Counted from the first letter of the stretch, positions 1 to 14,344 are shown. The stretch is DNA of 64,000 nucleotides from Epiperipatus broadwayi (GCA_028023455.1 JAQFVV010000002.1:7316001-7380000); one strand, 5' to 3'. Notes: generated by a model from the sequence alone, not told the origin. Made by a program: numbers and translations.

Positions 1-2619
1 CACCATCTACCAATCTTACACAGTATTCTTTAATAATTATTTTAAAATAAAACTTTTTTTCCAAGAAGTGTTTATATCCCCCAAGAAATGATTAAATTTA
101 GTGAATTTATAAATTGGTGATTTAATAGACAAAAAATAATATATTTTTTTACATTATTATCTACAATATCAGAGATAGGCAGACTTTTCTCAACATGGAC
201 TACTTGTAATTTTCTCCAAGTGTTGCAGTACACAATCTATATGTTACAATGTAATAATAATAATTGCAATTAATATCAACTATCACAAATAATGTTAACT
301 TTTTATCAAAAAATTCAATATACAACAAATATTCAGTATAAAATATAAATTCTAAATAGAAGCATAAAAATTTATAAATTTGTCAAAGATTTGTATCTTG
401 TTATTTGGATTAAATAATTACTAACTGCTACTCTTGTACAGTATTCTAAGTTATTTTATATGAGATGGGAAAGGGTATGATAGTTTTATGGGAAAGTTAT
501 ATCCTTAATTATGGAAATTATTTTATTTTTGTTCTTCAATGAATGGAAAAATGAATTGCTGAATTTTAGAAATGCTTTTTTTATATATAATTTTTAGGTG
601 TACAAAAGATTTCTTATGTGTTGTTATCACATAATAACCATGAAATGATTTAATTATTGCTGCTTTAGATTTAATAATGAGTTTAATAAAATATGACTAC
701 TGTGTAATTGATTGTGATGTAAAAGAATTTAACTTTTATTTCCATAATTACCTATTTAATTAAAAATCTTTATTAAAACTTTCATACATGGTTTTAAAAT
801 GTTTTTTAATGTTTTTTTTTTTTTAATATGTGACACAGATACATGACATACATTTTGCAATTATCATTGTAAAGAAAAACTGTTTTTTCCATTTTGTATT
901 AAATTTAAATATCTTTTTCGTTTTTTGTGTGCTTATTTTAGACAGTACAGCCCCATTTTTAAAATATGATAAAAATATTTTTTTTCTGTAAACTATTTAA
1001 ATCTAGGCGTATATCATAACAAAAAGCATGCTTATCAGTTCTGTGATCAACTGAACATTATTCAGTGATGTCCATTGTCTCCTTGCTCAATGAATTTAAT
1101 TGAGCTGATAAATTTGTAATTGACAAATCCATCATTGTGCATTTAGTGTTGTTTGACACATTCATCAACTAGCTTGCCTGACTACAGATAGCTGCTTTGA
1201 TTGTGAAGAGTCAATTTTCACCTGTGGCAGCTGTACATTTATGAACAATAATTTCTTTTACATACAGCTGTCTAATCTAGCTAATATAGTTTGTTACCAT
1301 TACTTTCTCTCAATTCATATAGTCAAACAAAATTTCTTTGTGGTGTAACAGTAAACCATGACTGATGTTTTGTGCACTAATGAAAATAACTCAGAGCAAT
1401 ATATTCATTACCAAATTGTTTTGTTTGAAACAGTAGCAGTACTTTCAAAATTATTTAACCTTTTATTCCTATAATAGAAACTCATTAATGTAGCAAATGA
1501 CTAATGATTATTAATTTCTTAAATTTTTATCTTGAATAAACACCAAATCTATAAAATATGATATATTAAAATCCAGATAATGAATTCAATATTAAAATTA
1601 AAATCATTCAAGCTATTAAAGAAATCTTTGTTTATTTTTATCAATAACAAGTAATCATCTAACATGCCTAACAAATAGGTTTTAAAAACTAAAATGTTGC
1701 CTATTATCATTGCTCTCTAAAATGTTAATATGGACAGAGTATATTAATGGAGAAATAATGTATTTATTATTTCAGTGCTCTTAATGTTATAAATTATATC
1801 TAAAATACATTGATTGAATTCTTTAATAGGTTCTTCCGTATGATATAATTCAGAAATTTTCTGTATGATATAATTCAGAAATTAAAAAGGTTCTAGTCTA
1901 AAAAAAAATTATATTATAATTTATAAAACCACCCTATATTATGCTCAATTATAAAATACAGCGTGTAGCGCTGGAATTGGCGGGGGTGGTCGCCGATGTT
2001 TTTGACGATCCAAAGGCTCGGCGTACACCTATATCAGACATTGTATTACTCTCATAGCTGTAATTTTTATAATTGCCGATGAATTTACGAAAAAAAAATT
2101 TCTGTATGATATAATTCAGAAATTAAAAATAAAATAAATTAATTGTAATTTTTATAATTGCAGAATAATTTACAAAATAATATACATCAAAATGGCATTA
2201 TTTATTAAAAACAAAAATGAAAATTACTTACAAATAGCGTCCATTGTGGTGGACTAGTAGCAAAAGACAGACAAATGGCAAAATTTCCCAAGGCTCTCTC
2301 TGATTTTTAAATCTTGCGGATCAAAAAAATCCAAAAATTGGATTAATCATGTCAGTGTCTTGGTTGACATGACAACGTTGTCATGCAAAAATCGACGATG
2401 TCTACCGGAAGGGAAATCGGTAAATATAATACGTCATCGGTTGAATAATCCGTAACTACCATAATTGAGTTAATACTTTTAAACATATCAGCAGATAAAT
2501 ATATATTTCAAATATTAAGAGTATGGAATACATTTTTCATAAAAACATTAATTCTATTAAAAGCTTCAAAAGAATAATTCATCAAATCCAAGTCAATCTT
2601 TTAATATATAGGGTACATG

Positions 2620-2942
2620 AGCACAGACATTCACACAACCCACCACTCTCCACACTATCTCATAACACTGATAAACTTGAACACATATATGTTGAAAGGA
2701 TAAATAATCACCAATACATGTATTTCATGCTAAACCAGCAATCATCAGTTGGTCTAGATTACCATCTCTACACATATATGCTATAAGTGCTCAGATATAT
2801 ATTAAGATAACCAATCCTCATACTTTAATGGACAGGCTTCAATCTACTCCACACTTGTCCATCCAATTGAAAATCTGATGATGGAATGCTCAAAGGCCAC
2901 CCTGAGGCCGAGTTCTTGTCACACCCATGTTGACCTAAGGTC
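2620..2942 (-). mobile_element. Family A HHR-bearing non-autonomous retroelement, diverged copy
   Basis: Matches 44500-44800 and 59616-59789 in the same orientation and 44950-45290 inverted; carries a hammerhead motif at 2710-2753. Confidence 0.8.
2710..2753 (-). ncRNA. Hammerhead ribozyme motif, family A, degenerate stem II
   Basis: Minus strand ACCAA-CTGATGA-TTGCT-GGTTT-AGCAT-GAAA-TACATGTA-TTGGT: stem I ACCAA/TTGGT, intact core, GUA triplet; first stem II pair is U.U. Confidence 0.65.
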
Positions 2943-5900
2943 AATTGTCAATCTTTTAAAAAAACTTTAACATAAATTTACAAATTTGATCAACAATTCC
3001 CTCCTGATAAAATCAAAAATACATTTTAAAGGAAAATTATCACTTGTGATGTAAGATTAAAGAAAAATTTAGGTGCAATATAATCATTAAGGTAAAGGCA
3101 AATCAGATGACACTATCAAAAATCTTTAATTATTTAAAAATAACTTTCATGATGTCAATTAATTTAGATTTTCTTTTCTTCTCAAGATTACTAAAACTGG
3201 ATACATTGCATTACTTGGTTATATTAAAACTATATCTCTAAAATTTAAACTGTCTAATAATACAAACTGATCCCTTTTATTTTAAGATAACATTATTAAC
3301 TTTCATTACAATTTTTTCTCTCTCTCATAAAAGCAACAAAATTAAACAGTATATTTGAACTTCTAAAGAGTAAAACAAACTACCACTACCTAAAATATTA
3401 AAGTCATTCATCTCAAAATTAGATAAACTAAGCACAAAAATTTTATTAGGCTCTTTTACTATAATTAGTTTTTAAAAAAGGAATTCTTTTCACAAGCATT
3501 AATTTTTCTTAAATTTTTTTAACAATCAAAGTTATTGCAATATATTTTTAATGTAAGTAGAATGACTATGTTTTGTAACAACCGTTATATTTTTTACTTT
3601 TTATTGTTTTAGATATTTATTCTCATTTGCATTCGTTTATTGTTATGATTGTAATGATCTTTCCTTGGATTAAGGCTGGCTATCTCAGGGGAAAAGTTTT
3701 CATCATAGATTACAAATTTCTGTAGATATTTTATGGTGGTGTTTTTGTTGAAAAATATGGGAAAAAGAAAGAAAAAGTAGAACAAAGTAATAATTTATTT
3801 CTATTGTTATACTTCTGATAAATACCGTTATTATAATGATTTTTTAAGGTATACCAGGACATCCAAAACATAGGGGTGACATTTTAGGGAAAATTGAAGT
3901 TTAAACACAATCTCAATCTTTTTCTAGATTCAGGATGAATTTGATGACATCCAATAAAATAAAATCACCAAAGTATAAATTAATTTTTTCTCTCTCTTAG
4001 TATCCTTTATCCAGTCCCAGTAAGGCTCACACTAACCTTTAATATATATACAATACCAGTTTATGAAGCAATTTTTTTTAACATAAATATACAGAAATAT
4101 GCTTTTAGAATTTTTATAATACAAGTGCATTGCTAGAAAACTTAGTGATAGATGAGGTCATAAATAGATGTGATTGTGAATATATTCAAGCATTAAAACT
4201 AAAATAGTTCATGATCATGGTATTTAAATACAAAGTTTGCTATTTTATGTGGTAGCAAGATTCAGAAGTTTAAGCCTCTACCTTACATGAAGACTGGTAG
4301 TTGTTCAAAAATACAAGAATAGTGAGAGATGTCAGATTGATATATATATTTTTATCAATATCTATTGTGGAATTCAAATTAAAAAGGCTGTGAATTAATT
4401 TTCTTGGTTATATTAGTCTGTCTATTTTTATTGTTATATTAATGTTTTATAAAAATTTCGATAGGATCATACCCATTATTACATAAACTGTGGTGATTAT
4501 TTAAGATGTTGCAGAGATGCTGCTTTTTGACTTCTAGTATTTTTGCATCATCTTGTTTTATTTCAGCTATGTCAATGATGATTGGGGTAATGCTGCAAAT
4601 GCCAGTTTAAGTAATTATATAGTAATATATAATTTATTATTTGAAATATATAATTATTTAATGTTTGTTAAATTTAAAAAATATATAACATTAAATCAAT
4701 AGTCTAACTACAATATTTAATATTATATAATTTTTCTAATATATTTTAAATAATTTTCTTTATTTAAGTTATTATTTTAAATAATCATTACTTAAATTAT
4801 TCTAGAATGTTCTAAAATAATGTCACATGTCTTTAACATATGTGTATTTGTCCTTGAGCTTACATGTTTTAGTCAGAGATATTTTCTTGTTAATAAAAAT
4901 TAGATACATTAAATGCTGTGGATAATATTATAAATTCTATTTCAAAAGTGTAATAATAAATTTTATTATAATGTTTAAGTCATTTGATCTTCTAAAATTA
5001 TATTTAAAATTATTAATAATGTTTCTCAATATTTAAATAACAGAATATTATTTTATAAAATATTAAATAAAAATAATAAATATAAAATATAATTAAATTA
5101 GATTATTCTAGAAAATAAATGGTAGACAGTGATGTAATTTATATGTAAATTAGTGTCTAGGAGTAACTATGATCAGCCAAGGAAATAACTAGATAATAAA
5201 GGTATAAATATAAGTGTTTAGTCAGTCTAGTTAGTTTTAATTCTAAGTCTAAATCTAAACCTATATTTTTTAATCAAATTAGACAAGTAAAGTTTTAATT
5301 TTTTATAAAATATATTTTTAATTTTAATAGTAAAGTTGAAAGTATAATTTTAAATAATTTAATGTAATGTATCCCATAGTTAGGTAAATGAGTTAATTCC
5401 TAGTCAGTAAATGTCATATCAAAGCTTAACAAAACCATGATAAATTTATGGAGACTGATACTTGTTATCTAATAACCAGCATAATGCAAATAAGAAGCTA
5501 TAAAATTTGCAACTATATCGCCAAGAAAAACCTAAGGAGTCATAAGAACTTTCTATTTAATTTTATCTGTATGAGTGAAATGATAGGACATTTATATTTA
5601 GCAATTATGATAAATCCTCATAAATATAAACCGTGGAACTTATGTGCCACTATTATTTTGAGCATTATCAAAACTATCTGAAAAGTGTTTTTTTTTTTTA
5701 AAGGAATAAAAAGTTATATTGTGCAAGTAAAATAAATGCATGTGATGGAATTCTATAAATGTGCATATATTTGTATTATTATCTGCAAATGCATTAGTGA
5801 AAATAGTTTGCTACTAATCTTTTGACAAGAGAAAAACAGTCTGAATGAGTATTATATTTTTTAAAAATGATGTGTGGAAAATGAAGAGAAAATGTGTTTC

Positions 5901-7156
5901 ATGAAGTTTTCATTGAAAGATTGACAAGTTTAAAGAAACATGAATTTTTAATAGTTTTTTAAAATTCTTTAAAATTTGAATATAATATTATCTGAATGAA
6001 GAAACTATAAAATATTGCAAGAAATTAACTAATGAATGTGTAAACATGTAAAAGGGAAAAAAAGCTTTAAATTAAAAAAAGTATTATATTACAAATAATT
6101 CATCAATATATGTGGAAAGGAATTTAAATGCAAATTGTTTAATAAAAATGAATGAAATAATTATTGATATTATTTTATAAAACATACAAGTGCTTCCTGA
6201 AGAGATATTAATCTTGACATACTTTTTTTGACAAAATCTGGACCAGCATGGAAAATTTATTGAATGGAAAATTATTACTGAATATAATAATTATTTTAAT
6301 GGATGTTTTCCCTGAAATATCAGTTCTCCTTGAAATGCTAAGGAAATATGCTTAGACAAAGTTTTCATCAAGTATAGCTGGACAGAGATTCCATGGAATT
6401 TTTAAAGATTAACTTTTGTGTTTTGCAGAGTTATAGTGAGAAAGAAGAAAATCATTGTTGAAAAACTGTTTCCATAGTCAATAGCAATGGTGCAAACTCT
6501 CCCTTTTTAATGATGGAGCTGGAGGATAGAAAGAAAAACAAAAACTTTATGTAGCTTTAAATTTTATTATTTTTCTATTTTTTTAATATTAATATTTTTA
6601 GAACAAATATGTAAATATGTTTTTTTAGAAATAAGTTTGTATTTTCAGATTTAAATAATTTATTTTGAAATAAGGAAAAATAATAGGTATCACAAAATTT
6701 TTAATTTTTCTGAAAGGTAAATATACAAAAAATATGCTTATAACTTGTTATATGTTTGGATGACAATAAGGAATTTAATTTCACCATATTTAATCCTGAT
6801 AATTTTGGGATTAAGGTAAATTATATTCAATTTTTATAATATTATATGTATATTTTGTTTATCATATTGCTTGATTTCTGAAACCAGATAGTATCATATT
6901 TATATGATTAAGAATATATTAATTGTTTACTGAATGTAATATGAAGGTAGAAAATACTGTGTGTGTTATCTAAAGGCATTTAGATAATTTTATGAATGCT
7001 TAAGTATACATATCTTTAAATATAATTATGAGTTACCAATATATCAGTCTAGACAGTATCTGTTTAAATACAATAAATGAAAACACTGATCTCTAAATTA
7101 TTTAGTATTATAACATAATTGGGTACTTGAGTACTAATCCTGTAATACGCTGTTAG

Positions 7157-7372
7157 AGCTGGCCTTTTCACATTCATATCAATCCCTGATAACTTTGTAA
7201 ATCTTGTGATCTAACCAAAATAATGTGTACACGAATCTTATACATGATATTTTGGGGCAGATATTTTTTGTGTGCAAAAAGTAACTTGTACATAGATAAT
7301 CTTGTACATGATATTTTTACCAAAGATTTACAAAGTTATCAGAAGGGTTGACATGAATATAAAAAGTTCCAG
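7157..7372. repeat. Fold-back/MITE-like hairpin nested in the TIR element
   Basis: CTGGCCTTTTCACATTCATATCAATCCCTGATAACTTTGTAAATCTT pairs imperfectly with AAGATTTACAAAGTTATCAGAAGGGTTGACATGAATATAAAAAGTTCCAG. Confidence 0.7.
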
Positions 7373-7519
7373 TAAGTCTAATAGTGTATTGCAGGACTAA
7401 AATTAATACCCCCTAAAAAATTGTAAACATATATATGATTTGCATCAGTAATATTTTCAAACAATATTTTAAACCACAAATTTTATATCTTAAAAGACTA
7501 CACCCTGGTGAAAATATGT

Positions 7520-8860
7520 CATCGAATCAACTCCCCAATGTTAATTTTACATACAATCACTAAATTATAATTGTGTTTAAATAATATTGATTTATAAAAA
7601 CAGATAAAATATACATGTATGCTACTTTTCACTGTAATAAATAAGAGGAATTGATCACATTCAAACAACCAAATTGAATAAAATAGATGTGTAATTAAAA
7701 ATAACATTGCAAACCATAAAAACTATATTTTACCCCCCCCCCCCAGTAAAAATAGATTGAATCAACTCCCCAATGTACATTACTTTCCACTAAAAAAATC
7801 ACTAAATTATAATTTTTTGTAAATAATACTTTCAAACACAGGTAAAATATACACGTACGCTACTTAAACTGTAATAAATAACAAGAATTAATCGCGCTAA
7901 AAAAAAATCCAATTCAAATTTCACGTTACCACAGAAAATGAAAACACACCAAGTGGAAATCCTCCCACCAAAATGCTTGCAAAGTGTGTCAAGATCTTTT
8001 CCAGAAAAAAAACATAAGAAACGGAATTTTTTTATAAAAAAAAAAAAAGTAAACAAAATAAAAACAATAATTTGGAACGATAAAGAAATATAAATTATAA
8101 GAGTTTTATTAGCACTTTTCATGCAGGGGTGAAAAAAAATTGGAGAAAAATATTCATCAACCTATACTTTTTTATGTAAATTCGCAAAACAAAAAAAAAT
8201 TTCCACAAGAAAAAAATTCTAACAATTTCATTACCACTTTTCATATAGGCAGAAAAAAAAAGTTTAAATAAATATTAATCAACCTTTTTTGTAAAGACAC
8301 ACAACAAAACAAAAAAAAGTAAACTAATCATTAATAATTCAGAATAGTAAAGAAATATAAATTATAAGACTATTATTAATTACCGTTTTTCATACAGGCG
8401 GAAATAAATGTAGAAAATTATTTTTTATCAATCTATACTTTTTGGTAAATACACTAAAACAGAACAATAAAATAACAAAGGCATTCAATTTGGTAGTGGG
8501 AAGCTTCCAAATTGTCATCATTTTGGACTACTTTCAAATACAAAAAAAACACACACACACTCATTACTTAATGAAATTATGAAAAACAAAATCAAAATAC
8601 GAAAACTATTTACATCATTCAATTTAAATCAAATGAACTGAATGCAAAAAAAAAAGAATAATAATCAAAGTAGGTTTTCAAATAAAACAAACAGTTGTTT
8701 TCCAAGCATGTTTTGAAAAAGACAATGTTTTTGCAACCGACAACTATAAATAAGGCAAAATAATAATCAAAGTACATTTTGGAAAAGAAATCACTGAAAA
8801 ATAAAATAATGCAAAATACTAACAATCAAAGCACATTTTGAAAAATCTAAATCATCATTT
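7520..8860. repeat. Diverged internal tandem sub-repeats (about 240, 130-270 and 60 bp units)
   Basis: GAATCAACTCCCCAATGT near 7525 and 7759; AAAGAAATATAAATTATAAGA near 8082 and 8349; AATAATCAAAGTA units 8657-8835. Confidence 0.65.
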
Positions 8861-10449
8861 CAGACCTTTTTCAATATACATCGCATGGTTTATTTTCTTT
8901 CAATTTAATATGATTGCAAGATTAAAGCAGATGTGAAAAGTCTCCTATCTCTTCTATATTGCAGGATTAATACTCAAGTACCCATAATTGAATGAATGTA
9001 TGATAAAAATAGATTTTATGAAATCATTTGTGTATACAATGTTTTTGAACCTTCCTGATTTTAATATTAGATATTTACTTTGAAATGTAATTGGAAGATT
9101 ATTTTATGTAAAACAGTTAGAATTTCTTTATGATGTTTAAGAGAAGTATTCAGAATGTGGAAGATGAAGGATAGTATTCTGAGAAATTAGTTGTAAAAGA
9201 AAATCCCAGATGATAGGGATATTGAGGAGAAATATTATATTTGAATTATATTGTCATGAATTAATGAATTAAATACAGGTAATAAAGTTTTGCATATTTA
9301 GTACATGGTCTGTTGCATTCTTTCCATAGTTCAGTAAGAACTCAGGCAAAAGCTATGACCGGAATTTAAGATACATGATAAATATATGACCTTAAGCACT
9401 GTAATCATGATATGTCATATAAGTTTGAGTTATTGCTGTATTATTATCCTTCACTGTAATCACTATTGATCACCAATGAATATTACATTGTGAATAATAT
9501 AGTTTAAAATTTGGTCAGAATAATAGCTGGACTGTAGAAGGTTGTTAGAATTTGTGAATGCAAGAGAAGTGAAACTTTTTACCACAAATGATATTTTTTT
9601 TATGAATAAAGATAAAAAAAATGATTTTATATTTCTAGATATATTAATAATGGAGATCTTTAAACTCAAATGTTAAATGGATATTTTTGTTTGAGAGAGA
9701 GAATGATGGGATGCAACATCTGAATACTATTATGATGATAAATATTGAAATAAATTATAGCATATACAAGCAATTTTATAATTATTTAATAGAATCTGAT
9801 TACTTTATAAGTAAAGTGAAGTTAATGAAAATTAAATTATAGGGTTATTTTGAATATTTTATAACAAATAACTTAAAAAATTATAAATGAAGTTATTTCA
9901 TTAACTTTACTTTTTCATATTAGAATGTTAAAATATACCTGGAAGATAAAGATAAATACTTTGAGGGTATATAAACAAAATACTTAATATTTTAAGGATA
10001 ATTTTATATGTTAAATTTTCAATAAGTATTAATCTTAGTTTGACTTTATAGTATTGATGGGCATTACTATAATCATAATTTTCTTTCGGAAATATGAAGT
10101 ATACTATTAATTACAAATGATAATGTAAGTAAATTGTATTCATTACTGTTATTTTATTATTTAAGTATGATAGTGATGATGGAATATCACTATCACAATT
10201 ATAAAAGAGAGTCATAGTATTATTATTACAATGTTTAATATCTTATGTAATTTTATACAACAAATAGTCAGAGTGAAGGCTATTTAATATTTTGTTATTT
10301 TCATAGTATCTCTTATATAAATATTTTAATTTGATTAATTTTTTTTTTTTGTTATTTTGTAAATGTTTAAATTTTATAAATTTATATTTTTGTAAATTTA
10401 AGTATGTTGTTAAATAATAAACTTGTTAATGTTTTTAGAATTCATATTG

Positions 10450-11700
10450 TCTCAAGAGTTTCTTTGTTTGATGTGTCCAAGTATTTTTGAATCTTCGTAC
10501 ACTCATACGAGTTATAGAAGATTACTTGTATCATTATATTATTTCACATGGTTAACAAGAATATATTATTATAATCATCATTATTATTGTAGAAGATCTT
10601 ATTATTGCTAATTATAAAGATTATATAATGCCAATTTTAAAAACTATCTAATATTGCAATTATATTAAGAGTAGGTATGATGTTTCTGTAAATGCCACAT
10701 AATAATAAAATATTTTATAGCATAATATGATATAAAATATTTTAGAACTTATTACAAATATTCTATATAATGTTTTATAAGAATTTATAATCTTATTTAT
10801 GTTTACTGAGGATTAATCGTTAAGTAAATTTATTATTTTAAGAACCTTGAAAATATTCTAGTTGTTTTGGAAGAGTAGTTGAATATATATATAAAATTCC
10901 TCATTATATTTAGCTACATTATATTAATTTGTTTATCGTTAGTATTAGGAGATGAACCTGAGATGTTGAATAATTATAAGAGTTAGATGAAGTGATAATA
11001 GATAAGAATTTTTAGTTAATGTTAAATTTAAATATTATCTTTTTTGAAAAAATAATAATTGCTTTATTGTTTTATAATAAATTTTATAAATTATTTAATC
11101 AGGATTTATTTTATGTGTTGTGAGCCATGAGAATATTATAAGGTAGTTTTTTTTATAAATTAGGTAGGTGTAATATTCTTATGCCATTAAGAATATATCT
11201 TTCTGGGTACATCCTCAATGTTAAACCTACATTGCACCTTGCTAAATGTCTGTTGCAAAATTTCATAATTTTTGTTGGTATTTTAATCGAATCATTTTTT
11301 TAATAGTAAATAGTGAGCTAGTCGTAGTTTAAATTGGTATAATAATAAATGAGATGGGAATCCGATTTGAAACAGTATTTAATTTATGTATTTTGATTTT
11401 TTAGTTCATCATTTAAATAAGATAAATTATTAAAATATTAATTTTGTTAGATGTAGTATTTTAGAAATGCGTTCTGAACTAGTTAAAGTAATGCTTTAAT
11501 AAGTATTGTTTCAATAATTCGATTGGGATTTGAGGAGTAGGAATTTAGAGTTTAGCCAAAAAGTTTTCCAATGTTGGCCATTTGGTGAGTCTCATTATAG
11601 CATGGAAGGGTACAATATATGTAACCAACTGATTTGGTCACATCTGGAAAAAGCAAGCGGAGCTTGGTTGAGAAAAGTGCGTTTATGTGGAAATCCGTTT
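10450..11700 (-). pseudogene. Decayed non-LTR retrotransposon reverse transcriptase fragment
   Basis: Minus-strand translation gives ordered RT-like remnants ILFQIGFPSHLL, ATDI*QG (GVPQG position) and IFSWLTTHKINPD (W...NKL.LN motif) among many stops. Confidence 0.5.
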
Positions 11701-12399
11701 GTTTTCAAATATAAATATTAAAAAAATTAAAAGTAAAATGAAAATATGCTTACTTATCTGTTTGATAAATAAAAATAATAACTATTATATAATATGATAC
11801 TTTGTGTGATTGTATTACTAATAAATATCTCAGGATACTATGATAAATTCATAGTATAATTTTAGTGTATTCTTTGGTGCATAGACTGTATCAGACTTTA
11901 CAAGATATAAAAAATTATTGTAATATAAACAAATATGTTTATTCATATAAAACTATAAATTTAACTCTCTCATTCCATATATTTTTTGTACTATTAAATT
12001 GGTAACTCTGTCAGAGTTCTTAATTATATTTAGTCAATAATTATTAAAAAAATTAGTCAATAACTATTAAAGAAATTATGACCTTAAAATCAAAATTATA
12101 TCTATTCTGGATAAGATTAAGATATCAAAAAGGATTTTGTTGTACTTTATCATAAAACAAGAATTATGTATTTTAACTACAGATGGAAGCAAAAATTGTG
12201 TAAATAAATTGAACAAAGAAAAATTACATTATTTAAGTAATGAGTAAGTATGACCAACTGTTTAATGATGATAACTTCAATTAATAATAAACAAACATAT
12301 TGTAAAATAACACTTAATTTTTTATCAATAAACAATTATATAAACAAAATAAAATTATTAATTAATAACAATGCATATTTCTAATAATAAAAGTTCTCT

Positions 12400-14280
12400 A
12401 CATGATGTTTCTAAAACATTGGTTTGTTTATCTACTAAGCACTTTTAAAATGAGGTATGGTTGTATGTATGATCAATGAAATGATGCACATAACAAGACA
12501 CTCTATTGGAGAGGTTTGTATAAGATTCATCCACTATCTCATATTAAATAAACGTGAATATGGGACTGTTTTATTATGTTCTTCAATATTTTTACATTAA
12601 TAATCAGCATATTAACAACTTCATTTGTCGGTATCAGTATAATTCATTAACTTTCTCAGGACAAGTGAATTGTTTACCAGTAATAGCATTAATTCTCTAC
12701 CATCATGCATTGGCTTGACTTGTTATGTTTTCTAGCTCATTCTTACTTTCAAAATTTAATATATGGTTAGGAGCTTGCTTTAACTAATTCATAACGTTTA
12801 TAATAACCAATGCCACAAGAGTACTTTATTGCATAATATAGCATTTATTAATCATATACACTCTTTCTTGGACTCATACAAAAGGTAAAATGTTCCATAG
12901 TTATTTAGTTACCTACTTAGAATATCTTTAATTTTTGAATAACATGAGGATAAAATCAAGAACCCATGAAACATATAACAAATTAAATATTATCGGGTTA
13001 ATAGGAAATCGTATATAAACTTAAGCTCAACACAACATGTCCAGTATAAAATATAATAACAATCATTACCCTTATACTTAATCTTACTAATAAATTAAAT
13101 AGTTACCTTCATCTTCATCATCCTAGAATCCTATTGAGAGCTTTATAAGTATCATATTTATAACAATAATCATTTTAAAAAATATAATTCAAACAAATCA
13201 AAAATAAAATCCATTATATAATTTCCTTTACTAATAATCCTCACTTCCATTTACTGTTCAAAGAAAATTTATTAAAATGTATCCAAATAATATTGTATTT
13301 TCCTAGTAATAATAAATATTTATAATAATATTCATATAACACTAAATTCACATCATAGAATAATCCATTTAGACATTAAAATTTGTAGCAAATCTCAAGT
13401 ATATGACCTCCAAAGATTTTCCATAAAGCATATTTATTATTCCTATTCCAGCTTATGTTATGGTGGCAATTAATACATTTAGGAACTTTATCTATAATTT
13501 ATAATATCTCCGGTGTAGTTTTCAAAGTTATAATGCTAATAATTTAAATCCATTATCCTTAGACTGATATTATAATTCTATTATTCTATCAAGGTGATAA
13601 TTTAATCCTTTAGAAAACAATATCAAAAGATTACCCTCATAGTTTGTATTTATCACACATATAAAATGCATCAATTGGATAGTCCATTAGTTTGAGCAAG
13701 TTGAATATATTCAGTTATATTTCAGGTCTCATTTTATAAAGTATAAGACCTAGCAAAAAATAAGTAATCCATTGACTCAAAACAATTTAATCAGTTTTCA
13801 TGGCAATTCAAAGCATTCCATAGGTAAATATAGCCAATATTATTTTAACAAGTTAATGCAGTTTTAAACAAGAGATAAATGATTATTGAAATATTATTAT
13901 GTTTAGTAGTGTCCAATTTAAAATTCTATTGGATGATTTAAAATATTTAAATTTCATTTTCTGTTGAATAATATTCACTGATAATCATTATTGCTGTTGT
14001 AATTTACCCATTTAGGTTGATGAGAATAAAACATTTTGGCAAATAAGAAAAATGCCTAGAAGGTTTCTTTACTACTCCACATTAAAGAAAATTAACAAAT
14101 AGCTATTTTAGATTTAAACCTGGCAAGGTCTTTTGTGTACTATAATTTTAACAAAAACTACTGAAATTTTGACACAGGTTATATTTATAGTTTTTCATCA
14201 TGTGGTCTGTGATATCATTAAATATCACCAGAATACATCATTCTTCAAGTTTTATGGGGGAAATTTGTTCCATTGTTATA
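12400..14280 (-). pseudogene. Highly decayed L1/Tx1-like LINE (endonuclease to RT)
   Basis: Minus strand has a frameshifted GD-FN-DITD motif near 14230, LWNAL (LW.A.K motif) near 13820 and LDF.PHVIQKLK near 12950; heavily interrupted. Confidence 0.35.
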
Positions 14281-14344
14281 GTAATCCTTAGAAGCAGGCA
14301 AGTTTAGTCATCTGAAGTCTCAAAAGCACTAATTTTCAAGACAT

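Larger units (their letters stand above)
7121..8983. mobile_element. Non-autonomous DNA transposon with 27-bp TIRs
   Basis: Left GGGTACTTGAGTACTAATCCTGTAATA (7121-7147) versus right TATTGCAGGATTAATACTCAAGTACCC (8957-8983), 2 mismatches; ATAATT directly flanks both ends; interior is tandem sub-repeats without a transposase ORF. Confidence 0.75.

Noticed and set aside
2238-2260. GTCCATTGTGGTGGACTAGT as a Helitron 3' end
   Set aside because: The hairpin directly abuts CTAG, and I could not find a matching 5' TC end or a second copy.
2523-2786. 87-aa ORF and similar ORFs at 44415-44648, 44593-44781 and 59725-59967
   Set aside because: They are antisense readings of the family A non-coding repeat, and the frames are not conserved between copies.
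2876-2900. CTGATGA on the strand opposite the family A HHR (also near 44754)
   Set aside because: No GAAA with a paired stem II and no stem I partner.
6190-6225. CTGAAGA-GATATTAATC hairpin
   Set aside because: Not followed by GAAA, and no stems I or III.
5780-6540. Purine-rich stretch resembling a decayed transposase
   Set aside because: No diagnostic motif could be read with confidence.
7157-7372. Hairpin with CTGATAA as a possible hammerhead
   Set aside because: No stem II plus GAAA arrangement; kept only as a fold-back.
13106-13125. 16-nt minus-strand micro-exon (DDEDE)
   Set aside because: It lies inside a decayed LINE region, and such short splice-like matches are expected by chance.
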